Counted from the whole stretch's first letter, positions 24,474 through 38,079 are shown. The stretch: 60,962 bases of DNA, filler included, from Basidiobolus ranarum (GCA_040143965.1; 15 parts of 15 records of this genome joined end to end with filler, not necessarily neighbours in it); one strand, 5' to 3'. Notes: generated by a model from the sequence alone, not told the origin. Numbers and translations are program-made.

Positions 24474-25603
24474 ATTTATGACGCCTCGGTGCTCCACCAT
24501 CCCCCCTTTTGGATTGCCAGTGGAGCCAGAAGTGTAGATTACATAAGCGAGATGGTGTGAAGACAACTCTAAATTATTTGGATTAGTAGTCGGCCATGTT
24601 GTCTGCAAATTTGGATCGAGAATGGTCAAAGTGTGAGCCTCACTATTTAGTACGCTGCGTCCAACTTCATCTGCTAGCAATACCATTGGGGCGGCATCAT
24701 TCAGTATATAAGCCAGACGATTGCTAGGATATGCTGGGTCTAGTGGAACATATGCACCACCAGCTTTCAAGATAGAGAGCAATCCTACCACCATGGCTGG
24801 AGAGCGTTCCACGCAGATTGCTATACGCATATCTGGCTTGATACCCAGACTTATTAGCTGATGTGCCAGTCGGTTGGCACGCATATTTAGTTCTTCATAA
24901 CTCCATACTTGATCCTCATATACCAAGGCAGTGGCATTCGGAGTATGCATCACTTGATGTTCGAACAACTGGTGAATGCAAAGATGTTCCTGGTATTGTA
25001 TTTGCGTCTCATTCCATGTTTCTACCAAGAGTTTACGCTCAGACGGGTCTATGATGTTGATTGTATGAACAGATCTGGTAGGATCGTCCATCATCTTTTG
25101 GATACGTCTGCATTTACCTGAGCTTCCTGCATACAAGCTCGGACTAGGTCAAGCAACTCAATTGTACTTGGTTCACCCGAGAGGTCGACACGTAACGGTA
25201 ACCAATCGTCAAAACTACCACCCATAGATTCATTCACACCACGGTTGTGTTTGGTTCTTGGTATTCCTATGACAAGATCCACTTGGCCAGAGAGACGTGA
25301 GAGCACCGCACTCCAAGCAACCAGCAATATTATGAATTGGGTCGAGTCGTTCTCTTGATTCAGTAACTTGAGGGAATCCGTGATTTGTATATTAAATTGG
25401 ACCATCGACATAGGCTCAGCAAAGGATTGCTGAAGTGGACGAGGACGATCGGTAGGCAGATTTAACAGGACAGGAGCATCTGTCAGTGTTTTGTGCCAAT
25501 ACCCACTATCAGTCCAAGAAAATTTGCCATCTGACGGTGTAAAGTCAGGCCGGCGGTTTACGCGTGATGAACTGTGTATGTCATTCGAAGTGCTGGTTGA
25601 CAT
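24474..25603 (-). CDS. Bacterial-type NRPS, N-terminal part (partial condensation domain + adenylation domain), with a frame break near 25100; 3' end missing
   Basis: LNLPTDRPRPLQQSF, VIGIP, LPLRVDLSGEP; then CIHQLFEHQV, SYEELNMRANRLA, LKAGGAYVPLDPAYP and the A3 motif LAYVIYTSGSTGNPKG. Confidence 0.9.
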
Positions 25604-28237
25604 GGCTCACTTACAGTAATTAGAGTCAGAGAACCAGTATCTAGGGCAGGAGTTTCAAGACACGCGAAGTAAAAGTCAAGTGCAGGCATTCAATTGATGG
25701 ACAGCATTGAGTTAAATAGCTCATTTTTTATTAAAAAATGATCATCAAGCATTATGCATACTCAAGAAGTTTGGATGTAGAAGGGATTTGGGAAGGGGGT
25801 CGGCAGGGTGCTCGAATCAGAGTCGGATATGCTGTTTATAATTGATCCATACTCGGTCACTAGAAGAATAGTAAATTGTCAACTTCCAATTTGGTTGATC
25901 AGTTATGCTATTACGAAGCAACTGCTACAAAATCACAGGTGGGGGGAGAGGGATTGGACAGCAGCTGGTCAAGCAATCAAATTCTCTTCTTAGAAGATTC
26001 AGGACAGAACTCCGAGTCTGAGTAGACAACAGCAGAGAACAAGAAGCTATTGCGACAACTTAGGAGGCAAACCTGCTTATACTAGAAAATACCATATCGC
26101 GCAGGGATTGGCCTCCAAATGCGGTATATATACGGTTCAGAGAAACCAATTGGTGTATGGGACTACGACGAAGCTCAAGATTCACATGGGCACCAGTTGC
26201 GAATGAAAGTATATTATTAGCAAAGAATCAATTAAAATTGAAGCTTTCAGCCAATACACAGACATACAACATGACAACCTTGGAGTACGAAATCTAAGAC
26301 TATACACTAGCTACGAGCCCGCACAGTTACCACTTATATCCCTCCACATCAATGATATCTATGTATTCATTGTGTGAGGCGGGTTACTCAGTAATAGAAG
26401 TATTCTCTATTGTTCAATTGTCTCTGAATAGAAACCGTTCCGCCTGTCCTTTATGAATCTCGAGAGAAATGTTTTCTTTTGATAAAAGTTTGCTTAGAAA
26501 ATGTGATCAATATGTGTGGCCAGCATATTCACAAGTAGGGTCTTATAGTTGTTGTAGTAATTCAGCAATAGTGAACTTCTCAGGTGACTACCTAATGCCA
26601 CTGCATGTCCAAGTTAAATATATAAGCCCGTACTCTTTAGAACTGAGACATTTGGTCTCGTCGAGTAAGTGAAGTTCACGGGCTGGGTTGTAATCCGCAT
26701 TTTTACTTTCCCAGATTTGTATCTTCGTTGTGTGACGAATGAATGTTTGAAGATCAAGGATCTGGAAGCATGCGAAAAGCAGCTTTTTGCACACTCGCTA
26801 ATATCTCTACGTTAGGTTCGACATCCCAAAAAGCGTACCAATAATCCCATAAAGACTACCATGGCTCCATGCCCATAAGAGAGTGAATCTGAAGCAAATA
26901 TGACTGGTCCAAAATCAACATCACTTAAAATCCCCTTTTTGTCCCTCTTCAGTATGCAATTTGAGATATTCCATATAGCCGTCATATTCTCATTTATGGC
27001 CATTGAACAAAAGCATAGTTCAGATGGAAAAGATGACAGGGCCGGCCACTATCCTTACTGATAAGTATATGACTTTGGCTCTTTTCTGCTGAGGTCCCCA
27101 CCATACATTTACAATAACTATACAATCAACGGGCCATGGAAACAAAAAGTTAATATACAAGTGGCATTAATGAACCTCAAAGATACTTTCAAGTCGTGAA
27201 AGGCGAATCAATTCCGCCCGTTATGAGTCAGGAGTGTACCGTGTGAGTCTATGTGTGCGTACATACACAGTACATATGCATGTCTGTATTTTGTCTATGA
27301 TGAAATAAGCTTTCACATGGAGCAGAAAATCACCTTAAATTTGGATATGCATACATAAGTATATGATACTGTGATTTTAAGTCTCTTCTAGTACGTTTTT
27401 TACAATATGAAAAATCTTTGCTCATAATCTCACACATGCAGCACTAACTTGAATCGTGTCAGAGCTGGATTAGGATGAAGATCGTCGCTGATCGAAGGGT
27501 TAGGACTGTATCTGCATTTCGGTAAGTATAGCAGTCATCAATAAATCGGGGTTAGGGTTAGGGATCCATGCTTGATTAAACTTACCACAATAAACATGCT
27601 TGTTTGTTGAGTGGAAATTGGTACATTCTTGTGAGGCAATTGCCTAAACATGAAATCAATGGTGATGGCCCACCGATAATGGTCCAATAGTCACTACTTC
27701 CAGGATTAATGAATTACTTCTGTACAACCGTTGGTTAATTACATTCTATTTTGGCACGTATGCAGTTCTGTGAGATATTGACAGCCTAGATCCTTTTTTT
27801 CCACTGCGTCCAGTAGTTTAGGCTATATGTAAATAGTTCATATTGTTAGTTTAACCTTAGGGGAGGGGGTGATAAGCCCCAGAAGGCGTGATAAGCCCCA
27901 GAAGGCGTAATATGTATTTATCAATATAAACAAAGTCAATAAATAAATAAGCCAAGTTAGAATATAAAATTCAAATGCAAAGTCAAGATGTTAACAGAGC
28001 AAAGTTTCCTAGTAAGCCAGGCCAAAGAGTATTTCAGATAGGATGGAGCCAAGAGTAAAGTATTCCTAAAGGAATGGGGCCTGAGTAGAGTTTTCCACAA
28101 GGTATGGAGCTTTAGGGAGGATGAAAAGCACCATATGGTGTGGACTTTGTTTAGCATAAAAAATAATCTAAACAAAGTGACAATCAAGACATTAATCTTT
28201 TAAGATATTGTGACAATACTGGATCATACCCATACTT

Positions 28238-28446
28238 TGTTAAAGTATTTAGGTGCCTTTTGGAAGTGGTTTGGAGAATTAGAGGAATTGGTGGTTTTCA
28301 CTTATTGATTTATTGAGTAGAAAGTTGACATTTATAGTTTTGTCAAGATGTAGCAGATTAACATATAGAATGTGTTAAAGAAGGTCCCAGGAACATGTGT
28401 GCAAAGTTTGGGGCTTCTAGCACAAGTTTGAAAATCTATATATCTG
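28238..28446 (-). mobile_element. LTR family A copy, truncated by contig end
   Basis: Starts TGTTAAAGTATTT on the plus strand and matches 12482-12692. Confidence 0.88.
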
Positions 28447-29110
28447 NNNNNNNNNNNNNNNNNNNNNNNNNNNNNNNNNNNNNNNNNNNNTTAATTAATT
28501 AANNNNNNNNNNNNNNNNNNNNNNNNNNNNNNNNNNNNNNNNNNNNCTGCAAGTCTGGAGTCGCGGGTTATCGATAGGATATTGTCACATATGTATACGC
28601 TTGTAATTTATTGGCGAGTTTTTTAATGAAGTACATTATGGATGGTATTCTGTATCAGCTGAAGTGCTCACCATGTCAACGCCACGAACTCAAGAAGGAT
28701 TTGCTTATCTTACAGCGGTTTGTTGAAAGCAGAATGAGCATAGTGCAATTGTGGCACTTCAGAGCGACATATATAGTTATAGGAAGTAGTTCATTTTGAG
28801 TCGTATCAATAATCTTTCTCTAGTAAAATGAAAAGCAGTGATAATACCAATATTTAATGTCATCTTGATTGTGGGTCTAATTTAGCGAAGAAGAGTTTCA
28901 ACAGTATGTATTATGGTTGATTACTTAGTTGGTATTCTTGCATAATTTGTTGCTTGTTTACGTCAAAGTGAATAAGGTCCGAGTTTAAACATTGAAATAT
29001 CATCAAAGGTGACATTAGAACACACGAGGTGGAGTCATCAGTGCTTTATCAAGGAGGTAGGAATACCGATTTGTTATAAAAATAGGATAATGGTACGGCA
29101 TTCTCAAATG

Positions 29111-31393
29111 TCAATCGTTGATATTCAGGTTGGAGGTTGTCATATTCTTAGTGTATATATCTAATAGAGCTTCAATAGATGGCTGGAGGTGTCCTCTATT
29201 TGTATGTAAAACTGACTCGCATATCTCTGGGCTGATATTTGTAAACATGTCTTGTAAAATGGCCAGGGCTTTACTGTAGTCAACTGATGAGCTGGGAGTT
29301 TGATTAGAAGTGGGCGATTTACGCATGGGTGTAGTAGGGTAGATGGGTCCGACTGTAGATGATCTTTTGCGTACATTTGAGGTAGTGAGCGTACTATTAA
29401 TATCACGTACTTCTCGTAAACTAGAGCTACTTTGTTTGTCGCCGCCTCTTGGGAGGCTACGTGAAGGTGATGATTGAGTAGGTGGAGATTTACTCTGGAT
29501 TTCCTCCATATCCTCATCTTCGATATGAAAAAGAAAGCGAGATACTACACCAGCAAAATGGCGGCGAGTATTAGAGTTGCGAGATGGACCTAGTCTATGC
29601 TGATTATGTTCGAATGTAGGATTAATTGTAGCATCGCAACTCTGAGACCTGATTAGTGGTTCAGGAGACGGTTCATTCGGGCATGTTCTATCTACTGCCT
29701 GATCTATATGTCTATTGAAAGTGCAAAACAAAGGTTATTACCAGTATCATTGCGAATATGGCTACGATATCAACCTGTTGAACTCTTCTTCGGAGATGGA
29801 AAGCGAGGTACGGTCCATATTCTCCACGAAAGAGATTGCTCCCATCTAATATATAGTGGTAATTATTAGCTTTGGTTGGAGACCAGATTAAACAGTAAAC
29901 GTACTAGATTTGTTAAGTAATAGCCTGCTTCAGATTGTAGTTTGTCCGGATTTCGGAATCGAGAAATATATCTAGAAATATCCAAACGTTATGCACAACA
30001 TTAACTACTTCGAGATATATGTAGAGCTTACGCACTGTACATTTGATATCAGTTTGGGTGGATTGGATTTTAGGACTACAAAGATCAGAATGGGTAAAAA
30101 TCTATCAGCGCTTGCCTCGGTATTTAAATGCTTCAATAGGCGTTTCTCAGAGTTAAAGATTCAAGTACATAAGACTGATTCAATGGAAAGTACAATACGA
30201 AAAGGATATCAAAGATTATGATACAGCAGTTTAAAATACAAATAAGTTTGTCGCGCGGGGCTTTGTAATGGTTCAGCTTTAAAAGTTCTGAGATAGCGAT
30301 AATACCTGCAGTTAGGACCACTAGTCACTTCATCAACATGATACGTGAATTGCTTACCAGCTTGGGCAAATTGTAGAAACGAATCATTATGAGCATTTAC
30401 AGGGATATCGAGATGTTCTTCACGAACCCACCTATAAAGATGGATTCTTTGGCTTAACGCTGCATCTTGCTCTGCATCATCGGTGGTGGCTGGGCAAAAG
30501 GCACTAAGAAAGTATTAAGACTGAGGACGTTTCAACAATGATCATATATTCTTACTATTTGTAAAGTCGATTCATAACCAATTTCTCCATTCCCTCAGTA
30601 CCATTTTCGAATTCTTTTTCTGATACTCCTCGCCAGAGCTCACATGCTTGCATCTTCATTGTGATACTCTGTTTCGATTTAAGTCATCTGTCAATCATTC
30701 AAAACTGAAAATCAAGATGGAATCTCTTACATCCAAAAAATCGTGAATAGTTTTGACTTGTTCGTCGACTGGCATGGGCTTACGGCCAAAGTCCCTCAAA
30801 AAACTGTAACAAGACAATAAATCAAACTTCATGGTGCTATTTTTACTTATAGAAACCTACCTTTTTAAGTAGCGTACTATAGGTGATGCACTTTTATCTC
30901 TCAACTGCTCCAAAAAACGGTTGTATTCAAACCGCTCTGGTTCTTGGCGAGATGATAGATCTGGAGTGATGTTTCTAGCTGTATCCGAATCTTCACTTTG
31001 TACTGGACTGATGGGACTGGAAAACCCAGAATAAAGACCCGGCATCTCCTTTGCTTCTGGTGAGATATCCCCTGAATCCAAGTGTCTAGGTAAATCTTGA
31101 GCATTAAAATTGGATTCCGTCTTTTTTCCAACTAGCCTAACAGGAACAGATGAGATCTCTTAAAACAAAGAGAAGTTAAAAATGGTTTGCTTCGTTGGTA
31201 GTGAATATTCATTTTTACCAGAGAAAAAAAGTGGGCTTGCAAGAGGTTTTGGTGAAGTGTTCGATACGATACTACTTGCAGACGAGTGGAAAAGATCTCG
31301 CCACGCAGTATTTCCTAGGTTGGTAGTTAGTTCAGTGAAGGGAGAGCCTGCTGGAGTGTGAGGGATTTCGGGTTTTTTCGGCACACTGCACAA
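29111..31393 (-). CDS. VPS9: VPS9-domain Rab5 GEF with C-terminal CUE domain, multi-exon; start codon uncertain
   Basis: FEYNRFLEQLR, EGMEKLVMNRLY, ELLKLNHYKAPRDKLICILNCC, ADRFLPILIFVVLKSNPP, SEAGYYLTNL; CUE LQDMFTNISPEICESVL. Confidence 0.9.
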
Positions 31394-32616
31394 ATAAGAA
31401 GTTTATGAGAAGTGGAACGAAAGAAAAAGATAGTTGAAGAAATCGTTTTGTAATTTTCAATAAGTGAACTCAGACGTGAAACTTATCCGAAGTATATAGT
31501 TCTTACTTTTTTGGTTGTTGACTGAAACGATAGGAGTTGATATATTTTTGGGTAAGTGGACTTGGTGGGCAGCCCACCCAAGGATTTTCTTCAGATTCGT
31601 CGGTCGTATTCTGACCTAATTCATTTGAACTAAATTTCTTTTGCATTCTCTCTAAAATTGATATATATATGTGTTCTTGATGCGATAGGAATGACTTGGC
31701 GCCACTTCTCCAAGTACAGCCTATTTGAAGTTCACAAGGTCTCCTAAGTAAGCAGTTTACCTTAACTCAAGAGCACCTTCAATGAGTCTTGCTTCAGGGT
31801 AAGTGTCAAGTACAAGTCTATTTACCCTACTAAGTTCGTAGGAGAAGCTCCAACTGAATATAGCTCTCTTTCAAGAATAAACTGTCGTGGATGGATATGT
31901 CTCAAAAAGATTACTGGGTATTCGGTTGGGACAAATATCAACCCACAAAGTCAAACTAAACCGCCGTATTGCGTTGAAAAGTATAAAGTAATAAATATAG
32001 AGTGGGGTAGAAATGTCTCAGCAAGCAGGTATAGAATATTTCTGAAAAAACGATGTAAGTTTCTAACTCATCATCGGACATCATGTTTCGATGGATGAGC
32101 CTATTTCGGCTAATAAATATGAGGATTTGAACGGCACTACATGTATACAATGGCAACAATGAATTTGATTAATTAGAAAGGATCAATATCTACCTTGTTA
32201 TGGAGTAAGCATACATATAGTGAGAAGAGAAGTTCATTGGGTAAGAAGTACGGCTTTAAAAAATCATATACAAATGAAGACACTAAGAATACTGTGCATA
32301 TATTGGAATCTGACATATTAGCAGGTAATTACAAACTCTGCTATAGCCAGGTATAAGTAATCTGGACTGCATGCAGTCAAACTTCCTTGACAATAAATTG
32401 GAGTAAATCTGTACGAGTAAAATCCTGTTTCAGGGTATAAACCAGATTGCTCCAATACTAATAAGTGGTACTTCAAGTCTCTAACGATTTAGAAAAGCTA
32501 GCCACAGTGTGTCGTGNNNNNNNNNNNNNNNNNNNNNNNNNNNNNNNNNNNNNNNNNNNNTTAATTAATTAANNNNNNNNNNNNNNNNNNNNNNNNNNNN
32601 NNNNNNNNNNNNNNNN

Positions 32617-34437
32617 ACCAAGGCGTTCATGGAGGCTCTCCCTGCCGGTGCTGATGTCTCTATGATTGGTCAATTCGGTGTCGGTTTCTACTCTGCCTAT
32701 CTTGTTGCTGATAGAGTTCAACTTATCACCAAGCACAATGATGATGAACAATACATCTGGGAGTCCGCTGCCGGTGGTTCTTTCACCATTGCTCTTGATA
32801 CCGTCAACGAGCCTATCGGCCGTGGTACTGAGCTCAGACTTTTCTTGAAGGAAGACCAACTTGAATACCTCGAGGAGAAGACCATCAAGGATATCGTCAA
32901 GAAGCACTCCGAATTCATCGGTTATCCTATCCAACTTGTTGTTGAGAAGGAAGTCGAGACCGAAATTCCTGATGACGAAGCCGAAGAGGAAGTCAAGGAA
33001 GAAGAAGACAACAAGGATGAAACCAGCGCCAAGATCGAAGAGATCGAGGATGAGGAAGAAGACAAGGATAAGAAGAAGACCAAGAAGATCAAGGAGATCA
33101 AGAAGGAGACCGAGGAACTTAACAAGACCAAGCCTCTCTGGACCCGTAACCCTGATGATGTTACTGCTGAAGAGTACTCTGCTTTCTACAAGGCTCTCAG
33201 CAACGATTGGGAAGATCATCTTTCCGTCAAGCACTTCTCCGTTGAAGGTCAACTTGAGTTCCGTGCTCTCCTTTACGTTCCCAAGCGTGCTCCTTTCGAT
33301 CTCTTCGAGACCAAGAAGAAGAGAAACAACATCAAGCTTTATGTCCGTCGTGTCTTCATCATGGATGACTGTGAAGATTTGATCCCCGAATGGCTTAACT
33401 TCGTCAAGGGTGTTGTTGACTCTGAAGATTTACCTCTTAACATTTCTCGTGAAATCCTTCAACAAAACAAGATTCTTAAGGTTATCCGTAAGAACCTCGT
33501 CAAGAAGTGCCTCGAGATGTTCGCTGAAATTGCCGAAGACAAGGAGAGCTTCAACAAGTTCTATGAAGCTTTCGGTAAGAACATCAAGCTTGGTATTCAC
33601 GAAGATACCCAAAACCGTCAAAAGTTGGCTGACTTACTCCGTTACCAATCTACCAAGTCTGGTGATGAAGTCACTTCCCTTAAGGACTACGTTACCCGTA
33701 TGCCCGAAAAGCAAAAGAACATCTACTACATCACTGGTGAATCCAAGCAAGCTGTTGAGAACTCTCCCTTCTTGGAAGTTTTGAAGAAGAAGGGCTTCGA
33801 AGTTTTGTACATGGTTGACCCCATTGATGAGTATGCCGTCCAACAACTTAAGGAATACGACGGTAAGAAGCTCATGTGCGCTACCAAGGAAGGTCTTGAA
33901 CTTGAGGAAGATGAGGAAGAGAAGAAGCAATGGGAAGAGCAAAAGGAAGCCTACGAAGAATTGTGCAAGCAAATCAAGGAAATCCTTGGTGATAAGGTTG
34001 AGAAGGTTACCATCTCTAACCGTGTCGTTGCTTCCCCATGCGTCTTGGTTACCGGTCAATTCGGTTGGTCCGCTAACATGGAACGTATCATGAAGGCTCA
34101 AGCTCTTCGTGATTCCTCCATGTCCTCCTACATGGCCTCCAAGAAGACTATGGAATTGAACCCCAGTCATTCCATTGTCAAATCCCTCAAGGAGAGAGTC
34201 GATGCTGACAAGAACGATAAGACCGTTAAGGACTTGACCTTCTTGTTGTACGAAACCTCCCTTCTTGCTTCCGGATTCTCCTTGGATGATCCTTCTGGTT
34301 TCGCTAGCCGTATCCACCGTATGATCAAGTTGGGTTTAAGCATTGATGAGGAAGAGCCAGTTCAAGAAGATGCCCCCGCTGATATTCCTGCTCTTGACGA
34401 AGTCGATGAAGCTTCCAAGATGGAAGAAGTTGATTAA
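32617..34437 (+). CDS. HSP90: Cytosolic HSP90; N-terminal part missing
   Basis: [15 protein letters not shown], charged linker, [25 protein letters not shown] and C-terminal MEEVD; strong codon bias. Confidence 0.98.
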   Translation, partial: TKAFMEALPAGADVSMIGQFGVGFYSAYLVADRVQLITKHNDDEQYIWESAAGGSFTIALDTVNEPIGRGTELRLFLKEDQLEYLEEKTIKDIVKKHSEFIGYPIQLVVEKEVETEIPDDEAEEEVKEEEDNKDETSAKIEEIEDEEEDKDKKKTKKIKEIKKETEELNKTKPLWTRNPDDVTAEEYSAFYKALSNDWEDHLSVKHFSVEGQLEFRALLYVPKRAPFDLFETKKKRNNIKLYVRRVFIMDDCEDLIPEWLNFVKGVVDSEDLPLNISREILQQNKILKVIRKNLVKKCLEMFAEIAEDKESFNKFYEAFGKNIKLGIHEDTQNRQKLADLLRYQSTKSGDEVTSLKDYVTRMPEKQKNIYYITGESKQAVENSPFLEVLKKKGFEVLYMVDPIDEYAVQQLKEYDGKKLMCATKEGLELEEDEEEKKQWEEQKEAYEELCKQIKEILGDKVEKVTISNRVVASPCVLVTGQFGWSANMERIMKAQALRDSSMSSYMASKKTMELNPSHSIVKSLKERVDADKNDKTVKDLTFLLYETSLLASGFSLDDPSGFASRIHRMIKLGLSIDEEEPVQEDAPADIPALDEVDEASKMEEVD

Positions 34438-34718
34438 ATTTCTTATGAAGTCTTAGTCAACATTGTTAAATAGTTTTATTTACGCTGAATCGCTTTGTAC
34501 TCTGATTAACTACCTCCTCATAATTGCATAGATTCATAAATAACATTTTGCGATTGTCGATCTTTGTTTATTCTCTAATAAAGTAATCAAAAGCAAAAAT
34601 CATTGATGTTCGATTTATATTTTGTTACGTGTTTGAAGAAAGTCAATTTCGAGCTGATAATACTCTTTAGGTAATAATGGTCCTTACGTTTACTAGGTAA
34701 AATATAGAACTTGGAAAG

Positions 34719-35483
34719 TCAATAGAATATCTGCTGTCTAGATGCAGATTTACTGGTTTTGGACTGTAAACATGGATTATTATGAAAGCTAGTATACATA
34801 GCAGGGTTGGGGATTAACGAAGGTGAAGTCATCGGTATGAAGGTTGATTGACAATTTGGAAATTTCCATTTCCAAACTTCCTGACCCGTACTTGCTTTCA
34901 AAGCAAATACTCGACATTTACAAGTCATAAAGAGAATTGAATTTTGGTGATCTAATAGTAATAATGGAATACCAGTCTGTACATTAGGTAAACATATTTT
35001 CCATCGAATACTACCAGTTTCTTTGTCAATTGCTCTTACGTCTGATAAAGAGGCGACAAATATTAGACCGGGGTCAAGAGTGGGTTGTATATTGTGAGCA
35101 GTGTTGTTGGGATATACAGATATTTCTGTATTCCCTGTTTCACTCGGTGTTGATGTTTCTTCCATGGTTGATAATTCATACGATGGTGGTAGAGCAGACC
35201 TGACCTGAGCTGGTACCGAAGGGGTAGCTAGAACACTAACGTGATAATATCCTAAATCTGAAACGTGATTACGCCAAACCTCTTCTCCATTGCTAAGACG
35301 TAATGCTCTTATCTTTCCCTCCACACCGCAAATCACTAGGTCTGAAGGGGCCGGACAACAGTACAAGGATAAGGAGAGTTCAGAACCGCAGACTTTAGAT
35401 TTCCATACTATTTTTCCGGTAAGTTTTTCAAAAGCATAAACAATTCCCTGTGCACCACAAAGTAACAACGTACTAAAGTCCAT
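34719..35483 (-). CDS. PQQ-like beta-propeller repeat protein (254 aa from the first ATG), intronless
   Basis: Four A-x-[DEK/R]-x-x-[TN]-G-x-x-x-W type motifs: AFEKLTGKIVW, ALRLSNGEEVW, AIDKETGSIRW, ALKASTGQEVW. Confidence 0.75.
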   Translation of the reverse strand: MDFSTLLLCGAQGIVYAFEKLTGKIVWKSKVCGSELSLSLYCCPAPSDLVICGVEGKIRALRLSNGEEVWRNHVSDLGYYHVSVLATPSVPAQVRSALPPSYELSTMEETSTPSETGNTEISVYPNNTAHNIQPTLDPGLIFVASLSDVRAIDKETGSIRWKICLPNVQTGIPLLLLDHQNSILFMTCKCRVFALKASTGQEVWKWKFPNCQSTFIPMTSPSLIPNPAMYTSFHNNPCLQSKTSKSASRQQIFY

Positions 35484-36018
35484 TTCTTTGATATTCACTA
35501 AAGTCTCATTTATCAACAGACAATTCTTCAAATTTAAAGAGTTATAACTAGTTTAGTCGAAGATAAGGTATTGATCATATAAATGGTTACCCGGAGTCAA
35601 TACTATGAAACAAGAAACGTAATAGCTTATCTGAATCAAGCATCTAGCCTCAAGCAGCAGCAGTCTCTCCAGTGATGCACAATGCACGTGTTACATTACG
35701 GGAAAACTCAATTGTAAAAGCGGGGAAAAAAGGGAATTTTGGATTTCATGATATATACATATAGTACAAGATATTTGATATAAGTATACTCCAGCAATGA
35801 GAAAGAACTAGCGATTTTTGGAGTGCATTTCCTGTATCTATCAAGTACATAATTTGAGACATGAAGGATTGTATACTTTATAGAATTGTGAACGCCAATA
35901 CACTTTCAAATAAAAATAGTCATTATTCACCAGGGATTAGCAAATTTGAAGTATATCTTTATTGAAAGATAATCAACATTACGTTGTAGATAGATATTTG
36001 ATATGGTTATGTGTTCAT

Positions 36019-36583
36019 TTAACAAACACCCAAGTCGGTCCAAACATTTTGACTATTATTTCCGGGGGTATCATTCTGTGTCCACCACTTAGCTTGCCAA
36101 AGATGACCATTGTAGGTGGTTTTTTGTGCCCCATTGTATGCGACGCTAGAACTCCAAGCAGCAACTCCAACACACACTCCAGTTCCTGGAGTAGATGTAG
36201 TTGATGGTTTAGTGGTGGTAGGGGAAGTGGTTGAGGTAGAGATGACGCTTGAGGTTGAAGTTTTTGTTTGGGAAGATAGAGAAGAGGAGATAGAGCTTGC
36301 GCTGGAGGTTGGAGTTACAGTAGATGAAGGTGGAGTAGCGGTAACAGTTGATCCAGGTTGACGGATATCTTGGAGAACATTCAGTAACTCATCATTAGCA
36401 TCATTGGTCATATCCCAGAACATGACACCACGAAGCCCTTGTTGTTTAGTGTAGTCCACTTTGGCTTTGAGTGACTGAGGATCGTCGTAGGAAATATACG
36501 TCTTGCTAGTAGCACTAAATAACCAGGGGGTTTGGGTGGTATTATCCCAGTAGCGACTCCATCCAGAAATAGGGGTGGTAGGT
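36019..36583 (-). CDS. GH18 chitinase C-terminal part with Ser/Thr linker and CBM5/12 (ChtBD3) module
   Basis: YWDNTTQTPWLF...YISYDDPQSLKAKVDY...GVMFW, an S/T-rich linker, then AWSSSVAYNG...YNGHLWQAKWWTQ. Confidence 0.92.
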
Positions 36584-36683
36584 NNNNNNNNNNNNNNNNN
36601 NNNNNNNNNNNNNNNNNNNNNNNNNNNTTAATTAATTAANNNNNNNNNNNNNNNNNNNNNNNNNNNNNNNNNNNNNNNNNNNN

Positions 36684-36988
36684 TACATCTAGTTCTGGAA
36701 TACTCTGCCACTCCTGATGCACAAAATTCTGAAGGCTACAGTGATGTAGACTGGGGAAGCAATCTTGACAATAGAAGATCCACAACTGGGTACACTTTTC
36801 TCTATGGTAATGGAGCCATAACTTGGAGTAGTAACAAGCAACCAACTGTAGCACTTTCCACTACAGAAGCAGAATATATGGCAGCCTCTGTTACTACACT
36901 AGAAGCTTTGGGGTTAGGGAAGCTACTTACAGACTTAGGATACATGCAAAAATGTGCTATTATTGTATTTGAAGATAATCAAAGTTGC
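36684..36988 (+). mobile_element. Ty1/copia RNase H relic
   Basis: GYSDVDWGSNLDNRRSTTGY...ITWSSNKQPTVALSTTEAEYMA...FEDNQS. Confidence 0.92.
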
Positions 36989-37870
36989 CAACATGCTGCT
37001 CCCTCTATCCACTCTCATATGGAACTTCAGTAGTCCAGCACCAAACATATCAACATCACTTTGACAATCTGGCAGAGCATAAAATGTGTAAGACCATTAA
37101 GGGTATATAACAACCCATAGTTGCTTTGGCACATGAAAGTAGAAATCTCATAAGAAAACCAGCTAAACCAAAGACTCTGAGTATCAGAGCTATGGTCACT
37201 TGCTCTGATGAAGAATGGTTTAACAATGTTGAAACTGTGCAGAATCTTGCCCAAAATCATATTGATTTGAGCTACTTGTGGGAAAACCAAAAACTAGGTG
37301 TTACTCAGAAGGTTCTTGACTTATTTAATGTGGCTAAATGTGAATTTTTGCAAGCAAATGCCAACTATGCTATTATAGGCTGTTCATGGAACATCTCAAA
37401 AACATATTTAATTATTCACTTAGAAAAGAAAGAAAAGCAGCTAAAGATGAACTCAAGAAGCAGGAAGTTTGTAAACCCAAGGGAAAAGCAAAGGAGCCAG
37501 TGAGTTTAGGCTCTACTGTCCCACACACCAAATTATCACCAAGATCTTTATATCCAGAGTCAGATATACCAGCATATACACTGGCAAAAAGCAACATTCA
37601 AGTGATAAATGTATACAATTTGAGTTATGTTTTTTGCACATGTGTTGTTTGTAGTTTTTGGAGATTGTAGCCAATCATGTGTAACTATTTTGCAAGATCT
37701 TCAACTTCACTCCCAAAACTGAAAAAATTGATTATAATCAAATATAACTAAACAATCTTCTGAGGATCAGTAAACAGTCAATCCAAAAATTGTAGTGGTG
37801 AGTAAACAGTTAGGCCAAGATGTATTAAAAATGTGATGGTTTTCCTACAATAAGAATGCTCAAATTTCTG
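36989..37870 (+). mobile_element. Repeat family X, internally deleted copy
   Basis: QHAAPSIHSHM...DNLAE...KPAKPKTL...EEWFN...LAQNHIDLSYLWENQK...KPKGKAKEPVSLG, followed by the shared non-coding tail. Confidence 0.85.
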
Positions 37871-38079
37871 TCCTGGTTGACTATATAGGTGTTTAGGCAA
37901 TACTAATTTCAACAATTTTGACTTTGGTGACTTTGATGGTCTTGAAGCATGGGCTGTGATCAGTATTACTACAATGAAAGAGATGTTTAATAAAGATCTG
38001 ATAGATTTTTGTTTTCCATGGAGAAGGAACCTATTCAAGGCTGTTTAGACCTCACTGTAGGTATAAACTTGATGTGCTT

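Noticed and set aside
27858-28230. Polypurine tract plus TG start and a 19-bp duplication, suggesting another LTR
   Set aside because: No matching inverted end, TSD or second copy in the window.
32569-34317. Long antisense and alternate-frame ORFs over HSP90
   Set aside because: Shadow ORFs caused by strong codon bias.
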